A stretch of 64,000 bases of DNA from Candidatus Micrarchaeia archaeon (GCA_046331685.1 JAXLQI010000001.1:192047-256046), one strand, 5' to 3'. Shown: positions 7,599 to 16,155, counted from the stretch's first letter. A program made the numbers and translations. The notes: generated by a model from the letters alone, not told the origin.

Positions 7599-7955
7599 TT
7601 ATCCGGATGCTTTCCGGGCCTCAAACCGCTTACCGCATCCGCAATTCTTCATCTTCAGGAGGGATATCTGCCTTCCTTTTGGGTCCACGAAGTCGGACTG
7701 AACCCTCCTGCCTGTGGCGAGGCGCCTGTCCAGAGGGCTGTTATGGGAGTAGCCCCTCCTTTCCATTTCCAGGACCAGCTTCCCATGCCTGAGATAGAGC
7801 GCTGCGAGCTTGCCCTTCCACCTGAGCGTCTCCGGATGCCTGGAATAACCCTTCTTGTTATTGACGAGGACGCTCCAGATGGCGTGGAGCTCCCTGTGCT
7901 CGCCGAGCAGGTGCTGCCGGCACAGTTTCGACGGCGGAATGTCCCATATCCTCAT
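7599..7955 (-). CDS. Pyrimidine dimer DNA glycosylase / endonuclease V family protein
   Basis: MRIWDIPPSKLCRQHLLGEHRELHAIWSVL..KKGYSRHPETLRW matches the conserved N-terminus of the Pyr_excise family. Confidence 0.75.
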   Translation of the reverse strand: MRIWDIPPSKLCRQHLLGEHRELHAIWSVLVNNKKGYSRHPETLRWKGKLAALYLRHGKLVLEMERRGYSHNSPLDRRLATGRRVQSDFVDPKGRQISLLKMKNCGCGKRFEARKASG

Positions 7956-7964
7956 CGGCTCATC

Positions 7965-8417
7965 TCAGTTCAGCATGAAAATGAAATAATTCAATACGCT
8001 TGCGAAGCTCACCCATGATATGTATGGAATGAGCAGGTAGGCGGCAGTCTTCGAGACTTTCAGGAATGACAAGATGGTCCAGGCGATTGCAAGCCATAGC
8101 AGTAATATGACCAGAAGGCCGCCTGAAATCGAGCGGAGGCCGAAAAAGACGATGGACCAGGAGGCATTCAGGGCGAGCTGGAGGCCGAAGATTTTCAGAG
8201 ACTCTCTTTTCCCTGTCTCATACACCAAATAAGCCGAAACCCCCATCATCGCATACAGGGTGATCCATACCGGGCCGAAAAGCCAGTTCGGGGGCGCGAA
8301 ATCGGGTTTTACGAGAGTAGCATACCATGTCGGGATGGATGAGAATGTGAAAACCGAGCCGATGACTCCCGCGAGCTCGCAGATAAGGACCGCGGCGATT
8401 AAAAGCTTCCACTTCAT
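7965..8417 (-). CDS. tspO: TspO/MBR family tryptophan-rich sensory protein
   Basis: Five TM segments with WYATLVKPDFAPPNWLFGPVWITLYAMMG, LNASWSIVFF and PYISWVSFASVLN signatures. Confidence 0.9.
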   Translation of the reverse strand: MKWKLLIAAVLICELAGVIGSVFTFSSIPTWYATLVKPDFAPPNWLFGPVWITLYAMMGVSAYLVYETGKRESLKIFGLQLALNASWSIVFFGLRSISGGLLVILLLWLAIAWTILSFLKVSKTAAYLLIPYISWVSFASVLNYFIFMLN

Positions 8418-8457
8418 GACCTTCTTTTTCCGGCGAGGCTAATAAAGCAAGCACCCT

Positions 8458-8694
8458 GTGGATGGACCGGAGCTCCAGGTAAACGGCAGTGGAAACTTCG
8501 TCCAAACCTTGCTGAAAAACGATTTTGTGGACGAGTTGCGCCTCAATATCTACCCCATTACCCTGGGCCAGGGAAAGAAGCTGTTCGCCGAAGGGAAAAT
8601 CCCCGCGGCATTCAAGCTCATTTACAGCAAAGTGACCCCAAGTGGTGTAACCTTAGCCACATACAAAAGGGGAGGTAAAGTGAAGACCGGCTAG
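8458..8694 (+). pseudogene. Orphan 3' fragment of a DHFR-like (RibD_C) gene
   Basis: The 78 codons align to the last ~80 residues of 6827..7432 ([57 protein letters not shown]). The N-terminal two thirds of the gene are absent. Confidence 0.8.
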
Positions 8695-8753
8695 ATTGAA
8701 TGCCTGCTTACATACATTTTTGAACACTTATTGATATATTTTTGCAGGTAAAA

Positions 8754-9227
8754 ATGGATTTCAGGTATAAGAAAGGGACAGCCCTGGTGCCAGCCGTCCG
8801 GCGGATGCCTGAGCCGCAGACCGAGCCTCCACTCCCTTCTTTGAGCGGAAAGATCGTCGTGTTCGTGACCAAGGAAGGACATGCCGTGGATTTCCTTGCG
8901 CTCACCGGCGCCGGCATCGGCAGCGCTAGGATCGGCTATCACTCGTTCTTCGCGAACCCCGGCAAGGAAGCGGATATCCTTGTTTTCGCCGACATCCAGC
9001 TCCTTTGGGATGAGGAGAACATGGAGCGGTTCAGGAAGTCGTTGGAAGCTTTCAGGAGAGCCAACCCGAAATCGGCCGTGGTGGTCGATGCCTCGAACTC
9101 GCCCCTCTTCAAGGGGCTGACCAAGCTCCACGAAGATGGCGTGATAAATGCGATAATGGACTCCCCTAAAGCGGGAGCGATAGAACTCGGGATCGAGGTG
9201 CTGTCCATCCTCCGGGGGGAAGATTAG
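8754..9227 (+). CDS. Hypothetical protein (157 aa)
   Basis: The plus-frame composition is protein-like, and the antisense ORF 8691..9239 looks like a shadow. ATG at 8754 follows a TATA-like ttgatatattttt. Confidence 0.5.
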   Translation: MDFRYKKGTALVPAVRRMPEPQTEPPLPSLSGKIVVFVTKEGHAVDFLALTGAGIGSARIGYHSFFANPGKEADILVFADIQLLWDEENMERFRKSLEAFRRANPKSAVVVDASNSPLFKGLTKLHEDGVINAIMDSPKAGAIELGIEVLSILRGED

Positions 9228-9293
9228 ATAGAAATTCAATCTCTAAGTGTGCTTGACAGAAGATATTTAGATTTTTAGCCAGAAACCGGAATC

Positions 9294-9743
9294 ATGAGCA
9301 AGATCCTCTTTTTGGTCGGGATGGCGATTCTCCTGTCGGGCTGCTGCAATATCACCGGCGGCACAGGCGGCGCTAAGGGCGAAAACTTGAACTCATGCCT
9401 TGCGGATTGCGAGAGAAATTCGGTAGGACAAAAAGGCCTGGCCGGCCTTGGCTCGTGCAAGGCTCTCTGCTACGATCATGAGGCAAGAGCGACAGGCGAT
9501 GCCGCCCAATGCGACGCGATAAACTCTCTCGGGAACGTCAGCATGATGGGAGAGGATACGTCCTTCTGGTTCAACGGGTGCGTTGGCGATGTCGCAGAGG
9601 ATAAAAAGGACGTCACGGTCTGCGGCAGGCTTCCGGTAGGTCCGAGAAGGGATGCATGCATCATGAATGTGTACTATGCCACCAAGAACCCGTCCGACTG
9701 CGATGGCCTCAGCGATCCGAGGGAGAAAAGCGTCTGCCAATAG
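9294..9743 (+). CDS. Cys-rich lipoprotein, family L1
   Basis: Lipobox LLSGC. The Cys framework LNSCLA.C...C..CY..A.AT.D...CD...GCV.DVA..K.D..C...RD.CI..V..TKNP..CD...DP..K..C is shared with 10332..10772. Confidence 0.65.
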   Translation: MSKILFLVGMAILLSGCCNITGGTGGAKGENLNSCLADCERNSVGQKGLAGLGSCKALCYDHEARATGDAAQCDAINSLGNVSMMGEDTSFWFNGCVGDVAEDKKDVTVCGRLPVGPRRDACIMNVYYATKNPSDCDGLSDPREKSVCQ

Positions 9744-9745
9744 CC

Positions 9746-10300
9746 TCAAGCTTTTTTCTTCTTCGCAACGGGCTTTCCCCGGACGAGCTTCATGACTTCA
9801 CGCATAAACGCCGGCAGATCACCGGGGTATCTCGAGGTCACCCAGTTCCCATCCACCACCACTTCGGCATCGACGTAACTGGCGCCTGCTTTCTTCAATT
9901 CTTCAGGGACCCCGTCGCCCCAGAACGAGGTCATCTTCTTCCCTTTGACCAGGCCGGCCGAGATGAGCGTATAAGGCCCATGGCAGATCGCTGCGATGGG
10001 CTTTCCGGTTGCGGCGAATGCTTTGGCTATCCTCTGCGCATCAGGATTTTTCCTCACTGTCGTCGGAGCACCGTCAGGCGACCCTCCGGGCAGGATAAGC
10101 AGGTCGTATTTCGCCGGATCGACCTGGTCGAAAGTCAATCCTATCTCGAATCCATATCCGTATTCCCCGCTGATCTGGCCTTTCGCCGGCCCGGCGACAT
10201 GCACCTCGACGCCTTCCTCGAGCAACCTGAAATAAGGGAAGAACAGCTCCATGTCCTCGAACTTGTCCGCGGTCAGGATTATCGCTTTTTTCACTGCCAT
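9746..10300 (-). CDS. DJ-1/PfpI family protein (PfpI-type intracellular protease/deglycase)
   Basis: MAVKKAIILTADKFEDMELFFPYFRL..LLILPGG..IAAICHGPYTLISAGL carries the nucleophile-elbow Cys-His. The start at 10300 trims an implausible N-terminal extension. Confidence 0.9.
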   Translation of the reverse strand: MAVKKAIILTADKFEDMELFFPYFRLLEEGVEVHVAGPAKGQISGEYGYGFEIGLTFDQVDPAKYDLLILPGGSPDGAPTTVRKNPDAQRIAKAFAATGKPIAAICHGPYTLISAGLVKGKKMTSFWGDGVPEELKKAGASYVDAEVVVDGNWVTSRYPGDLPAFMREVMKLVRGKPVAKKKKA

Positions 10301-10331
10301 ATGAATACCCCATTTTTTATTAAGGAACAAA

Positions 10332-10772
10332 TCAAGAGGCGTTGCTGATGCAGGCATTCTTCGTGCTCGGATCTTTGATGCTGTCGCAGGCCGCAGGGTT
10401 CTTTGTATTCTTAGCCACATCCAGGATGCAGTAGTCCCTGTTGGACGAGACCTTCATCTTGTCGCATAACGGAGCATCGTTCTTCCCTTTGGCCACATCC
10501 CAGACGCAGCCGTCATAAAGGTCGGTGACGTTCTCCCTCAGCCTTGGCAGCATCTTATCGCAGTAGCTCACGTCCATCGTCGCCTCGGCGGCATTGGAAT
10601 AGCATACCTGCTCGCAGCCGATCTCCAGGTTGACATTCGGATCCGGGCAGTGCGCCAGGCAGGAGTTCAGATCTGCATCCACACCTGAAGGGGATCCGCC
10701 TGAAGGAGCCTTGGAGGCACAGCCTGCCAGCAAAACAGCCACCACCAAAATCGTAACCAGATTTCTCATCAA
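10332..10772 (-). CDS. Cys-rich lipoprotein, family L1 paralog
   Basis: Lipobox LLAGC. Same Cys framework as 9294..9743. Confidence 0.65.
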   Translation of the reverse strand: MMRNLVTILVVAVLLAGCASKAPSGGSPSGVDADLNSCLAHCPDPNVNLEIGCEQVCYSNAAEATMDVSYCDKMLPRLRENVTDLYDGCVWDVAKGKNDAPLCDKMKVSSNRDYCILDVAKNTKNPAACDSIKDPSTKNACISNAS

Positions 10773-10820
10773 ACCACCCCGTGATACTACGCAGAGAGGA
10801 TTATGCTTCAGTTCTCTCCA

Positions 10821-11129
10821 TCATTCTTTAGGTTTTTTCCCATACTTCAGGTATTCCGCCCGCGAAACCTCTACGGGCATACCGACGTATCCGCAATTCG
10901 TGCAGTTGATTTTGCTCATAATGGAGGTGTCAGCCATCTCTGACAGCTCGTCGTCCTTGAAGTCAGCCTCATCGACGAGTAGCTTGCATTTCGGGCAGAT
11001 TATGACGTTATCCTCTTCTTTCTCTTCGTACTTCTCCGCAGCCTTCTCCCGTTTCTCGGCCTCCTCATCCTCCATCTTGTCTACCGCCGCGACGGCCTTG
11101 TCTATCTCTTCCTTGGTCATATCGATCAC
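10821..11129 (-). CDS. Zinc-ribbon protein with an acidic N-terminus
   Basis: CPKC...CTNC pair. No further family assignment. Confidence 0.5.
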   Translation of the reverse strand: MIDMTKEEIDKAVAAVDKMEDEEAEKREKAAEKYEEKEEDNVIICPKCKLLVDEADFKDDELSEMADTSIMSKINCTNCGYVGMPVEVSRAEYLKYGKKPKE

Positions 11130-11166
11130 TCTTATATCGTGTGATACTAATCGTTTTTCATCCGGT

Positions 11167-11559
11167 TCATTTCTTCTTCTCGGCCTCCCAAAGCCCCAAC
11201 ATATTGCCTTCGCTGTCTGAAATGAACGCGAGCATCCCTACGGTCGGGACCGGGATCTTCTCCCCCATCTGCTTGCCGCCGCTCTTCTTGACGAGCTCCA
11301 GCGTTTTATCAACGGAGTCCACCTGGACGTAGTTCGTTATCGGCTGGCCCGGGAACATCCTTTTCGACACCCCGCCCATGTTGAGATAGCTCATCCCCTT
11401 GTCCATAAATGCCTTTCCTGTAGTCACCGACGCATAATCAGGCATGTTCGGCATCGGCGTCTTCTTTATCTCCCAGCCGAAGACTTTGGCATAGAATCTC
11501 TTAGCCCTTTCCACATCGTCAGACGGTATCTCGAAATACGCTATGTTTCCCATATCCAC
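11167..11559 (-). CDS. VOC (glyoxalase/bleomycin-resistance/dioxygenase) family protein
   Basis: YFEIPSDDVERAKRFYAKVFGWE...GMLAFISDSEGNMLGLWE is the typical VOC beta-alpha-beta-beta-beta pattern. Confidence 0.8.
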   Translation of the reverse strand: MDMGNIAYFEIPSDDVERAKRFYAKVFGWEIKKTPMPNMPDYASVTTGKAFMDKGMSYLNMGGVSKRMFPGQPITNYVQVDSVDKTLELVKKSGGKQMGEKIPVPTVGMLAFISDSEGNMLGLWEAEKKK

Positions 11560-11562
11560 ACC

Positions 11563-11847
11563 TCATCTCGTTTTTGAATTAACGACATCATAAGCCAGCA
11601 ACGACGGCTCCACGCCTGCGTATCTGAACATCAGGACCCCTTTCGGCGTTCCCTTGCTCTTCATCGCGAACAGCGCCTCCTTGCTCTCCCAGAGGGTGAT
11701 TATCTTGCATTTGCTCCCGTTCCGGATGAGGAATGTCTGGACTATCCCTGGTTCGGGCGTCTTTATCCCCTCTTCGAAATTCGCTTCGAGCTTGGCCGCC
11801 TTGTCCGGCGGCAGATCCCCTTCCAGGATCGACATGACCATTGCCAT
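11563..11847 (-). CDS. Small dimeric alpha-beta-barrel (ABM-like) protein, tentative
   Basis: 94 aa with ..ITLWESKEALFAM.. typical of ABM/Dabb folds. A TATA-like cctataaatac lies ~25 nt upstream. Confidence 0.4.
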   Translation of the reverse strand: MAMVMSILEGDLPPDKAAKLEANFEEGIKTPEPGIVQTFLIRNGSKCKIITLWESKEALFAMKSKGTPKGVLMFRYAGVEPSLLAYDVVNSKTR

Positions 11848-11933
11848 ATCCCGACTAACAAATCGAACCTATAAATACTGATCGATGGCTCACGCTCATC
11901 GGTGTTATGATTTTAGAAAGAGAAAAATTGAAT

Positions 11934-11939
11934 AAAAAA
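11934..11939 (-). terminator. T-run (tttttt on the minus strand) downstream of the small zinc protein
   Basis: Oligo-T tract 16-21 nt after the stop at 11955, the usual archaeal termination signal. Confidence 0.35.
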
Positions 11940-11954
11940 TCGGTTCCTATGATC

Positions 11955-12095
11955 TCAGAATCGAGATTTCGGTTTGTAGCAGTTCTTGCAGTACACCGGT
12001 CTCCCTTCGGTCGGTTTGAAAGGAACCTGGCATGGCTGCCCGCATTTAGCGCACGTAGCGTCGAACATTTCCCTGTCTTGATCTCCATATCCCAT
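11955..12095 (-). CDS. CxxC-x17-CxxC small zinc-binding protein (46 aa, below the ORF-track cutoff)
   Basis: Hand translation: MGYGDQDREMFDATCAKCGQPCQVPFKPTEGRPVYCKNCYKPKSRF. The core DATCAKCG..VPFKPT..RPVYC..C matches the known CxxC-x17-CxxC domain. Confidence 0.6.
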   Translation of the reverse strand: MGYGDQDREMFDATCAKCGQPCQVPFKPTEGRPVYCKNCYKPKSRF

Positions 12096-12180
12096 AATTA
12101 CACCATTTCAATTAATGACCAGATATCGTTGGCATACTTTTAAATATACCGCTCTGAGCCGGTTTTAGCCGCCGGCATCC

Positions 12181-12618
12181 TCACTTCACGATATATTGCG
12201 CGATATCGCTCAGGTTGTACGTCTGGAGGCCCTTGTCTGAGGCTATCGTGCACTGGCTGCTCGAGCGATAGCAGTGCACGAGCACTTTCCTTGCCGGATG
12301 GGTAACGTCGATCGTGTTGACATCGCAATCGAAGGTCTTCATTATCCGGGATTCAACGTAAAGGCAGCTGCAGCTGAGGACGAAAGCGTCGCTATAGCCT
12401 TCGGAGACAGCCACTTTTTTCGCCTGGTCGAGGCAGTTCTGCTCGACGATCCTGGAGTTTATCCTGTCCCAGGCGTCATCAGGCGTCCTGCTCGCGAAGA
12501 AAGAGTCGCGGTTGTCTATGGCGAAGAGGGCTAGCGCCCCGAGGATGAATGCTATAAGTATCATGAATATGGTCCTGCGGTCGACTCCGGTATCCTTGGG
12601 CCTTTCCATTTCTGCCAT
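12181..12618 (-). CDS. Membrane-anchored Cys-motif protein, family M1
   Basis: One N-terminal TM segment. The ectodomain NCLDQAKKVA..C.C....K.F.CD..T.D...C...C is shared with 32077..32556. Confidence 0.55.
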   Translation of the reverse strand: MAEMERPKDTGVDRRTIFMILIAFILGALALFAIDNRDSFFASRTPDDAWDRINSRIVEQNCLDQAKKVAVSEGYSDAFVLSCSCLYVESRIMKTFDCDVNTIDVTHPARKVLVHCYRSSSQCTIASDKGLQTYNLSDIAQYIVK

Positions 12619-12660
12619 GTGGGGTATTCGCCATGAAGAATTTAAAGTTGAAAGGGGCCC

Positions 12661-13026
12661 TCACTTGTTCTGGTGGAGCGCAACCCTGTTACCTTCCGTA
12701 TCCTCGAAATGGCCCACATACCCATATTGGCCTATATCCATCTTCCCCCGGATGACCTTGCCGCCATTGGCCTTCACCTTCTCCAGCGTCGCGTCGATGT
12801 CCTTGACGGAGAAGTAGACGAGGCTGCCTGAGTGGGATGGCTTGTAGGACTTGCCCTTCACCAGCGAGCCTGATGAACCCTGGGCGCCCTGCACCATCGG
12901 GAACCATACCATCTGGAGCTCTCCCAGGTCCTGCCTGGACAGTGTGACCCCGAATACAGCCTCGTAGAACGCCTTCGCCCGGTCAACGTCCTCGACCGGG
13001 ATCTCGAACCAATTGACAGGGTTCAT
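12661..13026 (-). CDS. VOC (glyoxalase-like) family protein
   Basis: MNPVNWFEIPVEDVDRAKAFYEAVFG...GYVGHFEDTEGNRVALH. Start trimmed to ATG 13026. Confidence 0.8.
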   Translation of the reverse strand: MNPVNWFEIPVEDVDRAKAFYEAVFGVTLSRQDLGELQMVWFPMVQGAQGSSGSLVKGKSYKPSHSGSLVYFSVKDIDATLEKVKANGGKVIRGKMDIGQYGYVGHFEDTEGNRVALHQNK

Positions 13027-13036
13027 TTGCCCACCA

Positions 13037-13840
13037 TCAGTTCGGGAACGTCTCCATACCGGGTTTCGCGGCGAACCACTTCCCGCCGATGCCCTGTCCG
13101 TTCGTATCCCCAGGCTTGCTGTCCCCGGCATAATAGTAAAGTGGCATGCCGTTGTAGCTGGCCTGGATGGTCTTGTTGTCTCTTGCGAACGCACCCATAT
13201 TCCCCGGAAGCTTCGGGACCACGATGTCCCCGGTCACTACCAGCGGAGGCCAGTTCTTCTCGCAAGTGCCGAAGCAGGAGCTTTTCCCGGCAGAATCGGC
13301 GGTGAAGACGTAGAGGGTGTAGCCGTTGCCATCCGTGAGGATCTCGCCCAATCCTGTGGCGTTGGCCACCTTGACGGTATAAGGCGGGATGGCACCTGTG
13401 CATCTCCAGTTCACTTCAGAGGACCGGTTCTCGTAGACCACGCAGGCAGGGCTGCATCCGGTCCGGTTGGCCTGAATATCGAGCCACCAGGTCCTTGAAT
13501 TGTCGTTGTATGAGGCGTTGACCCCGGTCACCATGCCCGCCTCGGCGCACTTGCCGCTCCAGGCGATGCTGAGGGCCTCTTCGAGCGAGATCTTGCATTC
13601 TGAAGGCGGGGTGCACTGCTGCCTCAGGTCGCACCAGGAGTTCCCGGTCGTGCAGCCTTTGGGATCGGTCCCGTTTCCTTTGGCCTCCGGACATGGGGCG
13701 AATTCGCAGTTCGGTCCTGTCCGTCCGACCGCGCTGCCGTCCGGGCATATCTTCGCCTCTTGCGTGCAGGCAGTAGTGTTATTCGCCGCAGGCGTCTGCT
13801 GCGCGCAGCCGGCAGCGATGAGCAGAATGACCGAGATCAT
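13037..13840 (-). CDS. Lipoprotein with a COG4315-type secreted repeat (Lipoprotein_15-like) C-terminus
   Basis: Lipobox LIAAGC. GYTLYVFTADSAGKSSCFGTCEKNWPP and GMPLYYYAGDSKPGDTNGQG match the repeat. Start at ATG 13840 chosen to avoid overlapping the upstream gene. Confidence 0.65.
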   Translation of the reverse strand: MISVILLIAAGCAQQTPAANNTTACTQEAKICPDGSAVGRTGPNCEFAPCPEAKGNGTDPKGCTTGNSWCDLRQQCTPPSECKISLEEALSIAWSGKCAEAGMVTGVNASYNDNSRTWWLDIQANRTGCSPACVVYENRSSEVNWRCTGAIPPYTVKVANATGLGEILTDGNGYTLYVFTADSAGKSSCFGTCEKNWPPLVVTGDIVVPKLPGNMGAFARDNKTIQASYNGMPLYYYAGDSKPGDTNGQGIGGKWFAAKPGMETFPN

Positions 13841-13944
13841 CACGAACAAAGCCCTCAAAAGTATCACCTTAGGAAGATGAGGAGCGTAGAGATTATTAAA
13901 TGCCGCGGCATACGATGCGACCAGGCTGCAAAGGAAAATGATGA

Positions 13945-14418
13945 TCAACGCACCAATGCGAGTTTCCGGATCTCGTCGATCAGAGGCCCGGAGCATCGGT
14001 CCATGAACGTCCCGTTAACGAAACGCGGCAGCTCGGATCTCTCCACCGAGCAGGACGCCGTCTTGCCGGCGAGGCCCTGGAAACCGGCCATGCCGTCTAT
14101 CCTCGCGTTCAGGTCGTCGACTTCCCACTGCGATGCGCTGTTCTCGAGCATGGTCTTGTCGATCTCAGCCTTGCCTATCCCGCGCAGGCTCATCCTGCAG
14201 ACCGAGCCGTCCCCTCCTTCGATCCTGGCGCTGAGAGGGGGGACCTTTTCGAAGATCATCACTGTGGCCGGGGAGCAAGTATCCATGGCCTGGTAGAAGC
14301 AGGATTCGCCGTCAGCGGCGAGCACTCCGCAATCCTGCACTGAGGCCGCGGGAGATGTCACTCCGCAGGCCGACAGCAGGATGCCTAGCACGAGTATGGG
14401 CGCTAAATAGGTCTGCAT
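13945..14418 (-). CDS. Hypothetical lipoprotein
   Basis: Signal peptide with lipobox LLSAC. No family recognised. Confidence 0.55.
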   Translation of the reverse strand: MQTYLAPILVLGILLSACGVTSPAASVQDCGVLAADGESCFYQAMDTCSPATVMIFEKVPPLSARIEGGDGSVCRMSLRGIGKAEIDKTMLENSASQWEVDDLNARIDGMAGFQGLAGKTASCSVERSELPRFVNGTFMDRCSGPLIDEIRKLALVR

Positions 14419-14422
14419 CTGT

Positions 14423-14683
14423 TCACGATGAGGACTTCTTCCTCTTGGACGCTTTTTTCGCGGCAGCCGGTCTCTCGACCGCGGTCTTCTGCGAGCCTAC
14501 GCTCTCATACCTGTGCTTCGGGTCATACTCCGCCCGATCCTCAGGGAATTCGCTCGCCTGGGGGACCATGCCGAACCCCGCGATCATCATGCCTAGCAGG
14601 AAGCCGAGGTAGTTCAACGGCATTATGAAAAGGTAACCGCAAGCGATCAATCCGATGCCGAACAAAACCCGTTCTGGTTTCAT
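14423..14683 (-). CDS. Small membrane protein with a basic tail
   Basis: Two hydrophobic helices followed by a Lys-rich C-terminus. ATG 14683 preferred over 14734. Confidence 0.4.
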   Translation of the reverse strand: MKPERVLFGIGLIACGYLFIMPLNYLGFLLGMMIAGFGMVPQASEFPEDRAEYDPKHRYESVGSQKTAVERPAAAKKASKRKKSSS

Positions 14684-14840
14684 TATCTTTTTTTCCCCGG
14701 CATTCTTAATAAAACCAGCGGCTGGGGACGGCATCCGCTCCGGGCCATGCTACGCAAGCTCTGATCTCCATAATCTATAACCTGGACGGGCCAGTCACCG
14801 ACCGGCCGATGATATAAACCTTCTTTGGGATTCGTTACGC

Positions 14841-15719
14841 ATGGACGAAAAATCCTTCAGGGACTGGCTCGGAAGCTACACCGATGCCGACAAGTGCCTC
14901 TCGGCTTTCAGGAGCCAGAAGGAGTTCTTCCGCGTCAACACCCTGAAAATCAGCGTCGATGATTTCCTAGCAAGGACAAGACTCAGGTGCGAAAGATCAC
15001 CGTATTACGGGGCGGCTTTCGAATCCGGGGAGAGGAAGGGCTTCCAGATGGGCAAGACGTGGGAGTATTTCCTCGGCCTGATCTATCCGCAGACGCTCCC
15101 GTCCATCCTCGTTTCCCTCGTCCTGGCCCCTGACGGCAAGGACACGGTCCTCGACGTGGCGGCTTCGCCAGGGTCGAAATTCTCCCATATGGCCATGCTC
15201 ATGCAGAACAAAGGGGTTTTGGTGGGCAATGACATCAAGGGAGAGAAGATCTCGGCCCTCTATTCCACGATAAACAGGATGAACATCCTCAACAGCATCG
15301 TGACGATGAGGGACGGGAGCAAGCTCGACTGGAGGAGCCGTTTCTCGAAGGTCCTCCTTGACGCCCCCTGCACCGCCCTCGGCAGCGGCATGGGCGCGTC
15401 AGAGCGGTGGGAACCGGAGAACTCGAGGAGGATATCGAACCTGCAGACAAGGATGCTCTTCAGCGCATTTGATGCCCTGCGGCCGGGAGGGACGATGGTC
15501 TACTCGACCTGCACCTATGCCAGGGAGGAGAACGAGGGGGCGGTGTCGAACCTCCTCCAGAACGTCCCGACCGCTAAGCTGGAGGATATTGCACTGGACA
15601 TCCCCCATGACAGCGGGTTGCCGGATTATGGGGACGAATTCAGGAAGTGCTGGAGGATCTATCCGCACCATCTGCAGAGCGAAGGGTTCTTCATCGCGAA
15701 GATCCGGAAAGGCGATTGA
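14841..15719 (+). CDS. NOL1/NOP2/Sun family RNA (cytosine-C5) methyltransferase
   Basis: SAM motif VLDVAASPGSK, catalytic DAPCT and TC motifs (LLDAPCTALG, YSTCT). Confidence 0.9.
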   Translation: MDEKSFRDWLGSYTDADKCLSAFRSQKEFFRVNTLKISVDDFLARTRLRCERSPYYGAAFESGERKGFQMGKTWEYFLGLIYPQTLPSILVSLVLAPDGKDTVLDVAASPGSKFSHMAMLMQNKGVLVGNDIKGEKISALYSTINRMNILNSIVTMRDGSKLDWRSRFSKVLLDAPCTALGSGMGASERWEPENSRRISNLQTRMLFSAFDALRPGGTMVYSTCTYAREENEGAVSNLLQNVPTAKLEDIALDIPHDSGLPDYGDEFRKCWRIYPHHLQSEGFFIAKIRKGD

Positions 15720-15720
15720 T

Positions 15721-16155
15721 ATGGCTTTCATCTCGAAACGGGAAAAGAACTTCAGCAAGTATCTTGATAACCACTTCGGCATCACGCTTCCGGATGATCT
15801 GGAAATCTTCTATGCGGACGGGGTCCGGATCGGGAACAAGTCCCTGATGAAAAGCGTCATCCATGGCGACCTTGGATATGCGGCATGCGATGCCGGATTC
15901 AATCCCACGAACTCATTCGTCCAGAATTTCGGGCACCTGGCCACGAAGAACGTCATCAACCTGGACGAACCGAGGGCGAAGGAGTTCGCGGTCGGGCGGG
16001 GGATAGGGAAGATGGACCTCGGGCAGAAAAGCCGGTTCGTGATAGTCCGCTACAAGGATTATGTCGTCGGGCTGGGTTATTACGAGGCCGACAAGAAGAA
16101 GATCCGGAACGACATCCCGGAGAAGAGGAGAAGGAAGATTATCAATAGTCTGTGA
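15721..16155 (+). CDS. PUA/NIP7-like RNA-binding protein (tentative)
   Basis: Starts 2 nt after the methyltransferase stop. C-terminal ..RFVIVRYKDYVVGLGYY.. resembles PUA-type domains. Confidence 0.45.
   Translation: MAFISKREKNFSKYLDNHFGITLPDDLEIFYADGVRIGNKSLMKSVIHGDLGYAACDAGFNPTNSFVQNFGHLATKNVINLDEPRAKEFAVGRGIGKMDLGQKSRFVIVRYKDYVVGLGYYEADKKKIRNDIPEKRRRKIINSL

Noticed and set aside
8691-9239. 182-aa minus-strand ORF competing with 8754..9227 (+)
   Set aside because: Its translation (..HYRIYHAIFVELGQPLEEGRVRGIDHHGRFRVG..) looks like a shadow, and the plus frame has ordinary composition. Neither has a recognisable family, so this is a soft call.
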